Shown here: piece after piece, positions 15,385-26,751 of the stretch
How the letters are laid out: each line of letters begins with the position of its first letter
Numbering within the stretch: the stretch's first letter is position 1
NCBI RefSeq assembly: GCF_030684315.1
Contig: NC_081380.1
Location: 25,293,951 to 25,357,950, forward strand
From: Stegostoma tigrinum
Taxonomy: Eukaryota
Length of the DNA: 64,000 bases
Reading direction: 5' to 3'
Program-made: the position numbers and the translations under genes
Notes under the pieces: model-generated
What the model was told of the DNA's origin: nothing
What the model saw: only the letters and a program-made list of their open reading frames with translations
Database searches by the model: none

Positions 15385-15534
15385 AGGCGACCAGACCTCT
15401 GCAGAGAGCTACCTTACAGTATTGCCAAAGGGGATGGAATGTGTTGTTTTCAGCATCGATGGTTCTTTTGCTGCTAGTGTCTCTATCATGGGCAGTGACC
15501 CGAAGGTCAGAGCTGGAGCTGTGGATGTGGTCAG
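15385..15534 (+). CDS. PITPNM3: PITPNM3 exon, start of LNS2 domain (GDQTSAESYLTVLPKGMECVVFSIDGSFAASVSIMGSDPKVRAGAVDVV)
   Basis: ctag| acceptor, ag|gtac donor, 150 nt, phase 2 to 2; VVFSIDGSF motif of Nir/RdgB LNS2 domain. Confidence 0.95.
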
Positions 15535-17231
15535 GTACAATGTGCACAAGCTTTCACATTTATTGCATTTCTACATGTCATGTTTTGAGACAATAAACAA
15601 TCACAAATTGTGTAAAGAATGCTGGATTCTTTCTAACAAGTTACAATTCCTGCCATCATAATGGTTATCGCAGTATTATGTTTGTGTGTTGCCATTGTGT
15701 ATTGCAATCTCAATAATTCTGATTCAAATTTTCAATGTTTGTTATTTTAATGCACTTCCAGGCTCTTGGCACTTGGTCCTATGGCACTGATTAATGAGCT
15801 CTTTGTGTGAATGTTATGGTATTTACCCAGACCTCCTGATACTTTACTCTACTTGCCATTTCTGCCAATGTGTCGTACTGGGTAAGGGTTCATTGAGTTA
15901 GTTCTCTGCCATCAATTCTCCTTTGTCTTTGTTTCAGCCAGGGCCTATGCAGTGATTCATGCTCCTGTGGAGTATCTACAGAAAAGGCATTGTTCTCGGA
16001 TAACAAGATGATTCATTTCAGGATAATCATCAGAGCAACTGTATTTGGTCAGGCATCATTATTAGGACTTTGAGGAGCTGGTACAGACCCATCTGCTCCC
16101 TCTGAAAGCCAGAATAGAACCCATGGACTGTTTGTGATATCAGTAGACTAGCTGGAGTGAATGTAACAGGAGTATTACCCTCTTCAGAACCATTACCCTA
16201 TACGACAAACAAAACCATATGAATATACAGATTATATATAAAAATCAACTTCCCATTAGTAATGACACTTTGTTCGCCAACATCTTCTCAAGGATGATGA
16301 TTGATAGACAATAAAGGCTAGCCTTGGCAGCGATATTCATGTATCAAGAAGATTGAGTAAAGGCAATTTACAAGTTGAATGGACTCATGCTTTAAACACA
16401 AATCACTGATTTACAGGAAGGCTATAATGAGCATCAGCAATGAAGACAGAGTGAGCCCATGCCAGAAATTTGTTCTTCAGATCTGTGTGTTGACTTTTGA
16501 TTAGTATATTTGAAAATGCAGCTGCTAATCCAACTGCTTCAGGCTAGAGTTCTGTATTCCCTTGTTCTCCTTATCTCGTTTCATGGTGGTAACTCCTGTC
16601 TCCTATGATCTAACATTACACTTATTTTCTGATATCTTAGTCTTGCATGTTAAGGGAGACAGTCACTCTAACATCAAGGACCTGAATAATGGATCAATTT
16701 TTGACCTACATTTTTTGAGCTTGCTCATTTACAAAGGCTACAGTTTTGAAAATACCTGTTTACAACAATGTAAGAGAACAAAATGTTAAAGGCAAACTGA
16801 TAGAAACAAACACCAAGCATAATACTATTGCCTCAAAGCTTCCATTATTCTTTCTATAACAATTTCCCTGAAATTTATTCAATGGGGTAACTTTGGGTAT
16901 TAAAAGACTAAGATCCCTTACTTTGATAGTCATTCAAGATAAAGCATTGGGTTAGATTTTAAACTTCCTGCTGGTGTAAACCTCAGTTTGTAAATCAACA
17001 GCAGGTGTAGAAACTGCACAGGATTCAAATTTCTCTTCATTAGAGATGGTGCAATGTTATTCTCACACAGTCATCCTCATGGAGAATGGGAAAACCACAG
17101 GCAGTTTCTGGAACATACGGCCCAAACTCATCTAAATCAGTAACAGCTCTTACATTGCTGTCCCATTTGTAATGCTGTCATTTTTCTCAGTGCAAGAATG
17201 GGGCTTTCAATGAAGTTTCTTCTTTTTAAAG

Positions 17232-17415
17232 ACATTGGCAGGAGCTGGGCTACCTCATCATTTACATTACTGGACGCCCAGACATGCAGAAGCAAAGGGT
17301 GGTTTCCTGGCTGGGTCAGCATAACTTTCCCCAGGGAATGATCTTCTTCTCTGAAGGCCTGGTCCATGATCCCCTGCGACAAAAAACAATCTTTCTACGC
17401 AATCTTGTGCAAGAG
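17232..17415 (+). CDS. PITPNM3: PITPNM3 LNS2 exon (HWQELGYLIIYITGRPDMQKQRVVSWLGQHNFPQGMIFFSEGLVHDPLRQKTIFLRNLVQE)
   Basis: tttttaaag| acceptor, gag|gtaatc donor, 184 nt, phase 2 to 0; translated by hand, not in ORF track. Confidence 0.95.
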
Positions 17416-18838
17416 GTAATCTCTGATCAGGCGTTATGTATAGAATACCCTTAGGAAAACAATTTTAGAACAGTAAAGAACACAAGACTTTCTGATAAAG
17501 CTGAATAAGCTCCCAATTTCAGGCTGATATGGAGTTTTTAAAATATAGAATAATGTGGATGAAGGAAATGGATTAACACTTTTCATTTGTGCTTAAAACC
17601 TGCTGAGATAGCTGGAGTGAAAGTCTCTGCTGTCTATGAAAGGGTTCTAAGTAAGAGATCGGGCCTGAGGTGAAATGGGTTTGAGTAATATTTGCTGACT
17701 TCCTAGGGAGCACAAAGCTGCTTGTAATTTGATGCTAAATGAGACTTGTAACTGAGACTAATTGATACTTTCACTCCGTGATGCTGTTGTGTAATTGTTA
17801 GTTTGTTACATATTTGATGTATTTGATTTACCTCACAGTATTTCAGAGATGGCACTTGTACTAAGTCTGCAACAGATTTATTTACAGTGCAGTTACTATA
17901 TAAATCTTATGTATTCAAATACTTGTTACATAAAACACACTTTACCTTACTGAATGCCCTGACCTACCTATTACCTGAGAAAAGCTAAGTCCCTGTGAGT
18001 TTTATTGTATATGCTGTTTCTAGTCTACTTCAAAATAACTACTTATAACAGCACAACCTAAAATCCAAGGCTGGGATTTATGGACTTGGGAGGAGTCCCA
18101 CCACTGGCATTGAAAAAAGGGCAGTGAATCTGCCTCAGCGGGCACTGGGACCTGGTGCTACCTTTTGGTGACAGTTGCCAAGTTTAAGAGGCTCCCACTG
18201 AGACTGCCATCCTTCTTAAGGATGACATTCAGGCCCCAAGATCCATTAGCCCTATCAGAAGACCAGTACCATCACCAGCATTACTACCCTGAGGATGAAG
18301 GCACACAAGATGGGTAGCAAAGTTGAGAGCAGGTGACACTCTCATTATGTGACTAAGAAGTGTCTGAAAAGGAGCTCCCACCCATATTGGTTTCATTGCT
18401 GTCACATTCAAATGTGGGGAGCCCCTAGCAGCTGGTAGAATGCCAGCAAGGATGAGAAGAAATCCTTACATGGACACTTAAATGGCTCGATTGGGCTTCT
18501 GGTGGGCAAGCCATGTGCCATCTTTCCCATCATTGGCAAAATGAGATGGCAGTGGGAAGTCAGTGGGCATTACACCTATTGCTTTCTCATGCCAATTTCT
18601 GAACTCCTAATATATCCCTAAAACAGCTGGTAAATTCTAGTTCTAAAATTTCAGAAAAAAAAGGTGTTTGTAAGTTTTAACATTTATGTCTATCTACTTT
18701 CGAGGAGCTTTCCTGCTCCTCGGATGCTGCCTGATCTGCTGTGTTCCTTCAGCTCCACACTGTATTGAGCTTCTTTGGTTCCTGGTCTGCAGTTGATTTT
18801 CAATAATGCACAGCTTTGCATTTTTGTTCTCTCCTTAG

Positions 18839-18967
18839 TCCCATATTAAGATCTCTGCTGCGTATGGCTCCATGAAAGACATTTCAGTTTACAATGTCCT
18901 AGGATTGCCAGCGTCTCAGATCTACATTGTTGGACGCCCGTCAAAAAAATATCAGAACCAGTGTCAG
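18839..18967 (+). CDS. PITPNM3: PITPNM3 exon (SHIKISAAYGSMKDISVYNVLGLPASQIYIVGRPSKKYQNQCQ)
   Basis: ctctccttag| acceptor, cag|gtaatg donor, 129 nt, phase 0 to 0; AAYGS.KD motif. Confidence 0.95.
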
Positions 18968-19474
18968 GTAATGAGTCTCTTTATTCCATGATAGAGAGTT
19001 GAATTAAATTGAGGAATTTAAAACAAAATCTATGACAAGAAACCTGTCAATTACCTCTCAGAGATACCACATTGATTGCAATAACCAGCTATTGTTTGCA
19101 CTTTCCCCCAATTTCTCTTACATTCATATTCAGTTCTTGTTTCTGTTTTTATTTAAGGTTTTTTCTTCCTTCTGCTTGATGCCTTCCTTTGCTTCACAGC
19201 TAGATGCTTAATGCTTGTATTTTTTACCTCTCCAGTCACCTGTAACTTTGTCCCTCTGTTCAGTGAACAGAGAACAGCATGTGGGAAATTGCTGTACTTC
19301 TAACCGGCTCAATGATTTTACGAGCCTTTTGAAGGGGACTGACTGGAGAGATAAACAACCATGATGATGCTTTTTCCTGTGGATTTTCCTCCACACTGAG
19401 ACCACAAACGATCCCAGACATCACCGGAAATTCAGCCTCCGCACGTAAGAGCGCCACCAAGCGGTACAATGGTC

Positions 19475-19496
19475 TACTACACTTGATCTTAGCCAA
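19475..19496 (-). pseudogene. U2 snRNA 5' fragment (nt 17-38)
   Basis: Minus strand TTGGCTAAGATCAAGTGTAGTA, 22/22 to U2 sequence as recalled. Confidence 0.88.
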
Positions 19497-19774
19497 TTTT
19501 TTTTTAAATTTAAAAAATATACTTTATTCACAGAATATACAAAAAATAAACATATTTATACACCTACCCCATCACGCTAGCTGCTCTGGGTTACCCTGGG
19601 GGTATGCACACGAACTAAAGGAAAGAAGCAAAAACAAGAACAAAGAAAGACAAAGAAAATACCCCGGCGGTCATCCCCTCGCACAGTCCCCGTTGGCCCC
19701 CTGACCAGTTGGGGAAGGTGCCAGCTGGGCCCAGTTACTGAGTGAGGCCCCTGTTACACTGTGGTCGAGGGGTC

Positions 19775-20255
19775 TCATACAGTGGTCTTTCCCCACCGCG
19801 CCTTGGTGGCGGCTGCCCCAAGCTTTAGCGCGTCCCTCAGCACATAGTCCTGGACCTTGGAGTGCGCCAGTCTACAACATTCGGTCGGGGTCAGTTCTTT
19901 CAGCTGGCAGACCAGCAAGTTGCGGGCAGACCAAAGAGCATCTTTCACCGCATTGATGGTCCTCCAGGTGCAGTTGATGTTGGTCTCGGTGTGCGTCCCG
20001 GGAAACAGCCCGTAGAGCACGGAGTCCCATGTCACGGAGCTGCTCGGGACGAACCTTGACAAGTAGCACTGCATTCCTCTCCAGACCTCCTGCGCATAGG
20101 CACACTCCAGAAGGAGGTGATAGACAGTCTCATCCCCCCCCCCGCAGCCGCCTCGAGGTGGTGCAGAGATTCCGGGCATGCATAAAGGATCTCTCACATC
20201 GTGCAGTAGACTTTACACTTTGCATATTAACACTCACAACTCGTACCCCCACTGT
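19775..20255 (-). pseudogene. ORF2 remnant: about 18 codons of endonuclease N-terminus joined to C-terminal zf-RVT-like region
   Basis: VGVRVVSVNMQSVKSTARC runs directly into RSFMHARNLC...HLLLEC...ARWGKTTV*; no RT motifs between. Confidence 0.75.
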
Positions 20256-20990
20256 GAGCAGTGACCGCGGTACCCTCCCCGAGTCCAAGGTCCAGCCCCT
20301 CCATCCGTCCCTGCATGCCCGTTGCCCGGGCAAACTGCTGGATGCTCTCTGGGCTGAGGAAACTGTCCGTGCTGCCTTCCGGGTCACACCCCCCTGTCGG
20401 GGGTACGGAGGCAGGAGAGTCCGGCTTTGGGTCAGGGTGGTGACATGCTGTTTCCAGCTTCCCGCCTGAAGGTCTGCTGCTCCCAGTCGCCTGGAGCTCT
20501 GGTTCGAGGGGTCCCGGCAGGGCCCCTGTGGCGAGTGGCTGGGTGTTGGAGCGATCTTCAGGACATCCCCTGTCACCAGGAAGCGGGGGGTGGGTGCTGC
20601 TCTCCTTCTCGCTGGCGATTTTCAACTTCTGCTTCGGACGGCCCTCCTCCGAATCCCCCTCATCAGAGGAGCTTTTATAGCCCCCCTGTAGCTACCTCTT
20701 CCCGCCTGATGGTTGTGGTGCCGGGGCCCGCTGGCGTGCCTTCCTCCTCACCTTCCGGACCGTCGTCCACTCCCCTGGGTTGCCTGTTGCCTCGTCCATC
20801 GACTCCAGGTTATCGGCGGGGGGGAGCGGAGCCTGCAGAGGCACTTTGCTGGCCTCAGGTCCATCCTGCGGGGCTGGGCCCTCCTGTACGCTGGGGGGTG
20901 GGGGGGGGGCGCTATATCCTTGCAGGGGCCTGGTGTCTTCCTCTCCTCTGGGGGGGCTTGCCCTGTGTTGCCCTTGCTGGCGACCTGGGT

Positions 20991-21728
20991 TTAGGTGGTC
21001 CCCCGCTGCGGGCATGCCCTATAGAAGTGGCCTGCTTCCCCGCAAAGGTTGCAGCTTTTCTCTTGTGGGCAATCCTTTGCAAGGTGTCCCTCCTCCCTGC
21101 AGTTCCTGCAGATGGTGGCTTTGCAGTCGGCCGCCATGTGACCTGACCTACCACTGGCATGGCAGACTTTAGGTTGCCCTGCGTAGGCCAGGTAGCCCCT
21201 GCTCCCACCGATCGCGAAGCTGGACGGTGGGTGTATGACATTCCCGTCCGCGCCCATCCTCAGCGTCACCTTGACCTGCCTCTTACTGGTCCAGATGCCA
21301 AAGGGGTCCATGATGTCAGTTAGGTCCCCTTCCACCTTCACGTGCCTTCCAAGGAAGGTCAGGACATCAACTGCTGGCACATGCGGGTTACACATGTGTA
21401 CAGTCACCATACGGCTCCTCTGCACCAGCATCACAAACAGCGGGACGGCGGTCAGTACAGAGAGGGGGCCCTCACCTTCTTTCTCCTTGAATACCTCCAG
21501 GAAGCGCTGGCAAAGCTTGGCACTCCTGAAGGTTACATCAAAGAATCCTCCCCCGGGGAAATCCTGCAGGCAGTAAATGTCCGCAGCAGCGAACCCACAA
21601 CAGTCCAACAGGACCCACTTCATGAAGAAGGTGCGGTCCACAGGTGCAACCTCATCCACTTTCTTCATAGCCACTCTGATAGTGCTCCGGACCCCCTGTC
21701 CTGGGGCACGAGCACTCGCCACAGCCAT
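20991..21728 (-). CDS. Retrotransposon ORF1 (gag-like/ZCCHC3-like), N-terminal open part; continues through frameshifts to about 20230
   Basis: ATG 21728 MAVASARAPG; CRNCREEGHLAKDC and CNLCGEAGHFYRAC CCHC knuckles plus a degenerate third (CHASGRSGHMAADC). Confidence 0.8.
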   Translation of the reverse strand: MAVASARAPGQGVRSTIRVAMKKVDEVAPVDRTFFMKWVLLDCCGFAAADIYCLQDFPGGGFFDVTFRSAKLCQRFLEVFKEKEGEGPLSVLTAVPLFVMLVQRSRMVTVHMCNPHVPAVDVLTFLGRHVKVEGDLTDIMDPFGIWTSKRQVKVTLRMGADGNVIHPPSSFAIGGSRGYLAYAGQPKVCHASGRSGHMAADCKATICRNCREEGHLAKDCPQEKSCNLCGEAGHFYRACPQRGTT

Positions 21729-21894
21729 CGTTGCAGGTCGGCTGCTGCCCTGAACCAGTGTTAGGCCGATGCCAGCATTAAGATCCACCGCTTGCAAGGG
21801 TGCACAGCCAACCCGACGTCTTCCTTCTGCTTCCAACGCAGTCGCTCTATCCTCTTCTCGGTCCACGCTGAGCCACCAAGTGTTACACTTGGTC

Positions 21895-21920
21895 TACTAC
21901 ACTTGATTTTAGCCAAAAGG
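21895..21920 (-). pseudogene. U2 snRNA 5' fragment (nt 13-38)
   Basis: Minus strand CCTTTTGGCTAAAATCAAGTGTAGTA, 25/26 to U2 as recalled. Confidence 0.88.
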
Positions 21921-23344
21921 GGCAGTTGCAGGTCTGAAAGTTAGAGAATTGGATGGATGTAAGCCAGCAGTACTGTGGAAAGCAATGGATGGAATCATTC
22001 TTTTCAATCAAAGTGGTCCTCAGAAACTGCAAAAAAGAATTATTTTTTCCTCAATATCTTATTTTAAGAAATTTCTATTTCAACAATAACTTTTCCCGAA
22101 TGGCTCATTTCAGGATGGTCCTATGTTCAATTATATTGTCTGATGCAATAGTTAGGTTAAAAATATTTTAAAATGCAAATTTGACATGGGCATAAAATAC
22201 AGTAGCAAGATTGATCATATCAGAGAGCAAAAGCAGCTACTGTCAAAACACTTTGTTACTTCTCACAAACATTTCATGCTGCATTTATTTCAATTACAAC
22301 AGGGAATTTAGCTAAACTACAGTAAAAAAAACTGCCAAAATTTACTCTTAAATACATGGTCAGTTACGTTTTTATCAAATTGACAATAGCTTTGCCTCAG
22401 CATCAAATTAACAGCTACACCATCAATTTATTATGGATAAATAATGTAAACCATTCGCTGCTATTTTTATATGCCAAAAATTATTGTGTCAGTTGCTAAT
22501 TGGTTAAGATCATTCCTTTCATGCTTAACAACACAATATTCATACCTCAGGCATGATGTGAACAGGAAATAATGACAGATGAATAACGTTTTGGGGGAAA
22601 CTTCTCTTTGCTATTTTGGGAAGGAGCTTTCAAAAATAAAATTAACTATTTTAACTGTTAATTCTTTCATTATGGGAGCAAAAGCATTTGGCCAGTCACA
22701 TTCACCCAACACAATGTCAAGCCCATGATCTTAATGCTGTAGCTGGATTTTCCTTTCTTAATAGTAGTGAATGCTGGGAGATTCACTGCTATTGAAGGAT
22801 GCAGTGAAGAGGCTTTGGTGCATCACATCGGGCTCCACAAAAATCCACACTGAAGGCCCTGTCATTCTACTTCCTATGGTGGCACAGAGCTTCAATATGT
22901 ATGCTTCGTTGAGAGCCCAGTCTCCCATTACAGATTTTCCTTTAATTACACACCTGGAGAGAAGTGAGAACTCTTTCTAATTGACAGCTTGAAAATGGCA
23001 TAATACTTTACTTTTTGTGTGATCTCTTTTGTCAATGGCTCAATATATACACACAATAGAAAATGGTGTTGGCATGTTATTTCTGATATTGATATTGATG
23101 TTGATACTTTAAACATCTGATTGACTCGACCCCTTATATGTTTGTAGCAACAGGTTATTTTTACTAAACGTTATGGGTATTTGCAAGCAGATCCATGTCG
23201 CCATTATTACTATTGGGTTCATTATTTCTGTAAAGGTTGCATAATGTGTGAGTGGGCATGGAAGTGCCAGGAGTTGGCATGGAAGATTTGAATGGCCATT
23301 GGGAGTGGATGAGAGAAATGAGTTGGCATGGAGGCACATGTATG

Positions 23345-24520
23345 ATCTTTTGAACTGATTGAATTCTTTGAAGGAGAAATGGAGAGGATTGATGAAGGCA
23401 GAGCGGCGGACGTGATCTGTGTGGACTTTAGTAATGCATTTGACAAGATTCTGCAAGAAAGGCTGGTTGGCAAGATTAGATTGCATGGAATTTGGGGACA
23501 ACAAGCCATTTGAATACAGAACTGGCTCAAAAGTAGGAGACACAGGGTGATGGTGGAGGGTGACTTTTCAAATGGGGAAGTCTGTGACCGGTGGTGTGCC
23601 ACAAGGATTACTGCTGGGTCCTTGCTTTTTGTAGTGGACAGTGAAGAAGGTTACCTTGGAATTCAACGGGATCTTGATCAAGCAGGCCAATGGGCCAAGG
23701 AGTGACAAATGGAGTTTAATTTAAATAAATTGGAGGTATCGTGTATTGGAAAGGCAAATCATGAAAGGACTTGTACACTGAATGGTAAGGTTCTGGGGAG
23801 TGATGTTGAATAAAAACACCTTGGTGTGCAGGTTCCTAGTTCCTTGAAAATGGAGACACAGATAGATAGGATAGTGAAGAAGGCATTTAGTATGATTGCC
23901 TTTATTGGCCGGTGCATTGACTATAGGAGTTGGGAGGTCATGATGAGGCTGTACAGGACATTGACTAGGCCACTTTTGGAATGCTGAGTTCACTTCTGGT
24001 CTCCCTGCGATAGGTAGAATGTTGTGAAACTTGAAAAAGGTTCATAAAAAATTTACGAGGATGTTGTCAGGTTTGGAGGGTTTGAGCTATAGGGAGCGGC
24101 TGAATAGGCTGGGGGCTTTTTTCTCTGGAACATCAGAGGCTGAGGGTTGACCTTATAGAGATTTATAAAACCATGAGGGGTATAAGTAGGGTGAATAGCC
24201 AAGGTGTTTTTCCCAGTGTAGGGCAGTCCAGAACTAGAGGGCATTTGTTTAAGGTGAGAGGGGTAAGATTTAAAAAGGGACTTAATGGGTAACATCTTCA
24301 CATAGAGAGTGTTGTGTGTGTAGAATGAGTTGCCAGAGGAAGTGGTAGAGGCTGATACAATACAACATTCCAAAGGCATCTGGAAGGGTATATAGATAGG
24401 AAAGGTTTGGAGGGATATGGGCCAACTGCTGGTGATTGGAACTAGGTTAATATCTGGTTGGCATGGACAAGTTGGAATGAAGTGTCTTTTTCCATTCAAT
24501 ACAGTTCTATGACTCCACAA
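23345..24520 (+). mobile_element. CR1-type LINE 3' fragment, degenerate RT
   Basis: DEGRAADVICVDFSNAFDK and GVPQG..LGP motifs, CR1-like C-terminus, ctatgactc tail. Confidence 0.8.
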
Positions 24521-25160
24521 CTCAAATGGCTTCAGAGTACAAATAATAATTCATGCCTTGCTTGAGAAGCTATGGACCGTGAGTTGGGATAAAAGTGGGC
24601 CCAACTCCATGAAAATGGCAGTGATGTAGTTTCTAGGATGTGCCTAAACTTGAAATGCAACCGAACACATAGGCAGCCCTGGTGTATGCTATAAATAGCT
24701 TATACCACATTTCCTTCCTGATCATGAGCCACATCTTGTGGTGGAAACTCAGTATTGCACCAGTCTTTATATTCTTAGCCAATAAAATCCTTTGGATTAA
24801 GCATTGTTTTGCATCTTTTTATCCTCTCTTCAGCGCTTTAAAATTACTTGGAAGAGAGCTCCAATTTGTTCTGTGCTTTTGAATTATTATTGTTACTTTA
24901 GTCAGAAGACTGTAGTGATAACAACAACAACTGAACCATCATAGAAAAAGGTGCAAAAAGCTGAAAGATTTTCTTCAAACAGTTGTCTTGAGAGGCCAGT
25001 ACAGACCTCAAGATTATGTTGCTGCCTGCATTTTAGGACTCAAGAAGTAATTTTTTTTGTTATAAGTTCATAACTTTTAAAATCAAAAATGATTAAACTG
25101 TAAGGCAGATTGCATAGAGTGGGCTGGTATTCCTTTGAATATAGAAGAGTAAAGAGTGAT

Positions 25161-25437
25161 CTAGATTAGATTAGATTCCCTACAGTGTGGAAACAGGCCC
25201 TTCGACCCATCAAGTCCACACCACCCCTTGAAGCATCCCACCCACCCCTGAACACTACAGGCAATTTAGCATGGCCAATCCATCTAGCCTGCACATCTTT
25301 GGACTGTGGGAGGAAACCAGAGCACACAGACATGGGGAGAATGTGCAAACTCCGCACAGGCAGTTACCCGAGGCGGGAATCAAACCCAGGTCCCTGGCGC
25401 TGTGTGACTTCAGTGCTAACCACTGAGCCACTGTGTT
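25161..25437 (-). mobile_element. V-SINE (HE1-like)
   Basis: Same head, V-domain and (TCTAA)n tail as 9915-10229. Confidence 0.85.
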
Positions 25438-26117
25438 GAGATATTTCAGATTATCCAAGGATTTGACAGTGTACGCCCTGATTATGTCTGTGTTGGGGAG
25501 GCCCACCCACATTATTTAATCTCACCACCAATTGAAACCCCTAATGGGCAATTAATGTCCACTTAAGGACCTCATTACAGACCTCCAGTATTAACCCAAC
25601 AGTGGACTGGGGTGGTCAACACATAGAGCACGTCAAGCAGACGAGTCGTGGCTTGCTTTCAGGCCCCTGGGAGATATGGAGTACCTAGTTTAAAGGAATG
25701 CAATGTTGGCATTGGGAAGGTGGTGACACACTGAATATCCAGCCTTTTCTGCTGACCCCTCTGGGTGACTGCCTCCCACCATCACACATCTGTGGCCTAG
25801 GATCCAGTGAAAGCCCTGATCCCATAGAAATGCTTGCTGCTGTCAAGTGCCTGAGGGAAAGGCGAAGATGTTGAACTTCCCCTGTAAAGGTGATGTGAAG
25901 CCCTTGCCTCCCCTCCAGTTGTACAAGGTTCCACCCCAGATTTCCTGGCAGGGGGAATAGAGAATAAAGGGAAGTAGTCTTCAGAATAGAGTTTGTCCTG
26001 TCAGGAGCAAAATCAGGAAACACTTCCTCACACAAAATAGAAATTCTCTCTGTTGAAAGGCTGTTAATGCTGGGGCTATTAAAGCTTTTGAGCCATAGAT
26101 TCTTAATCTTTGAATAG

Positions 26118-26258
26118 GGAGCGAAGTTGGGAACATGGAGGTGAGATGGAACAAAGGTGGGAACATGGAGGTGAGATGGAACAAAGGTGGGAACGTGGAG
26201 CAAAGTTGGGAACATGGAGGTGAGATGGAGGCAAGGTGGGAACATGGAGATGAGAAAT
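26118..26258 (+). repeat. Purine-rich minisatellite, about 30-bp unit GGGAACATGGAGGTGAGATGGAACAAAGGT
   Basis: 4-5 imperfect units about 190 bp upstream of the last PITPNM3 acceptor. Confidence 0.85.
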
Positions 26259-26445
26259 GGATCAGCCATAGTCGAATTGCATGGCGGAAAGGGCTGAAAT
26301 AACGGAACAGACTAATTCTGTTCATAATATCCCAAGAAGTTTGTTAAAACTTGAAAAATTCAGAATAAGAAGTTGGACACTGCATGGTTCCCTGATGGTT
26401 AGTTTCTGTTTGCTTGACAGTCAATGTCATTTCTTCCTCTTACAG

Positions 26446-26751
26446 TTTCTGTCTGAAGGTTATGCTGCTCACCTGGCCCAGCTGGAGTTCAGTCGCCGCT
26501 CCCGCCCGAAGAAGAGCAACTCGCGAATGATTTTACGGAAGGGGAGCTTTGGCCTGTCTGCTCAACCTGACTTCCTTCGGAAAAGAAACCACTTGCGCAG
26601 GACTATGTCAGTGCAGCAGCCGGACCCACCGTCCTGCAACCCTAAGCCGGAGCGAGCCCAGAGTCAACCAGAATCGTATAAGGAGGAGAGACACCCCCAC
26701 AGCATCGCCTGGGCCCGGAGCGGAGGCTCCAAATCAGAGCCAGGCGTTTGA
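26446..26751 (+). CDS. PITPNM3: PITPNM3 terminal coding exon (FLSEGYAAHLAQLE...RMILRKGSFGL...KPERAQSQPE...PGV*)
   Basis: ttcctcttacag| acceptor, 306 nt to TGA; tail RNHLRRTMSVQQPDPP matches recalled PITPNM3 rather than PITPNM1/2. Confidence 0.95.
   Translation, partial: FLSEGYAAHLAQLEFSRRSRPKKSNSRMILRKGSFGLSAQPDFLRKRNHLRRTMSVQQPDPPSCNPKPERAQSQPESYKEERHPHSIAWARSGGSKSEPGV

Larger units (their letters stand above)
19497..21894 (-). mobile_element. Tx1-clade (Keno-like) non-LTR retrotransposon, internally deleted for most of ORF2
   Basis: GC-rich insert; ORF1 with zinc knuckles; ORF2 start fused to C-terminal zinc-finger region (ETVYHLLLECAYAQEVW); AATAAA (19523-28) and A-run at 3' end; U2 fragments at both ends. 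Confidence 0.85.

Noticed and set aside
20991-21866. Host ZCCHC3 gene
   Set aside because: Embedded in a retroelement with ORF2 remnant, A-tail and frameshifts; better read as ORF1
19475-21920. Functional U2 snRNA gene interrupted by an insertion
   Set aside because: Only nt 13/17-38 present; no downstream U2 body or Sm site seen
26118-26258. Regularly spaced repeats resembling a CRISPR array
   Set aside because: Units are contiguous without unique spacers; vertebrate context; no cas genes
25685-26325. 194 aa and 114 aa minus-strand ORFs
   Set aside because: Explained by the 30-bp minisatellite; no protein motif
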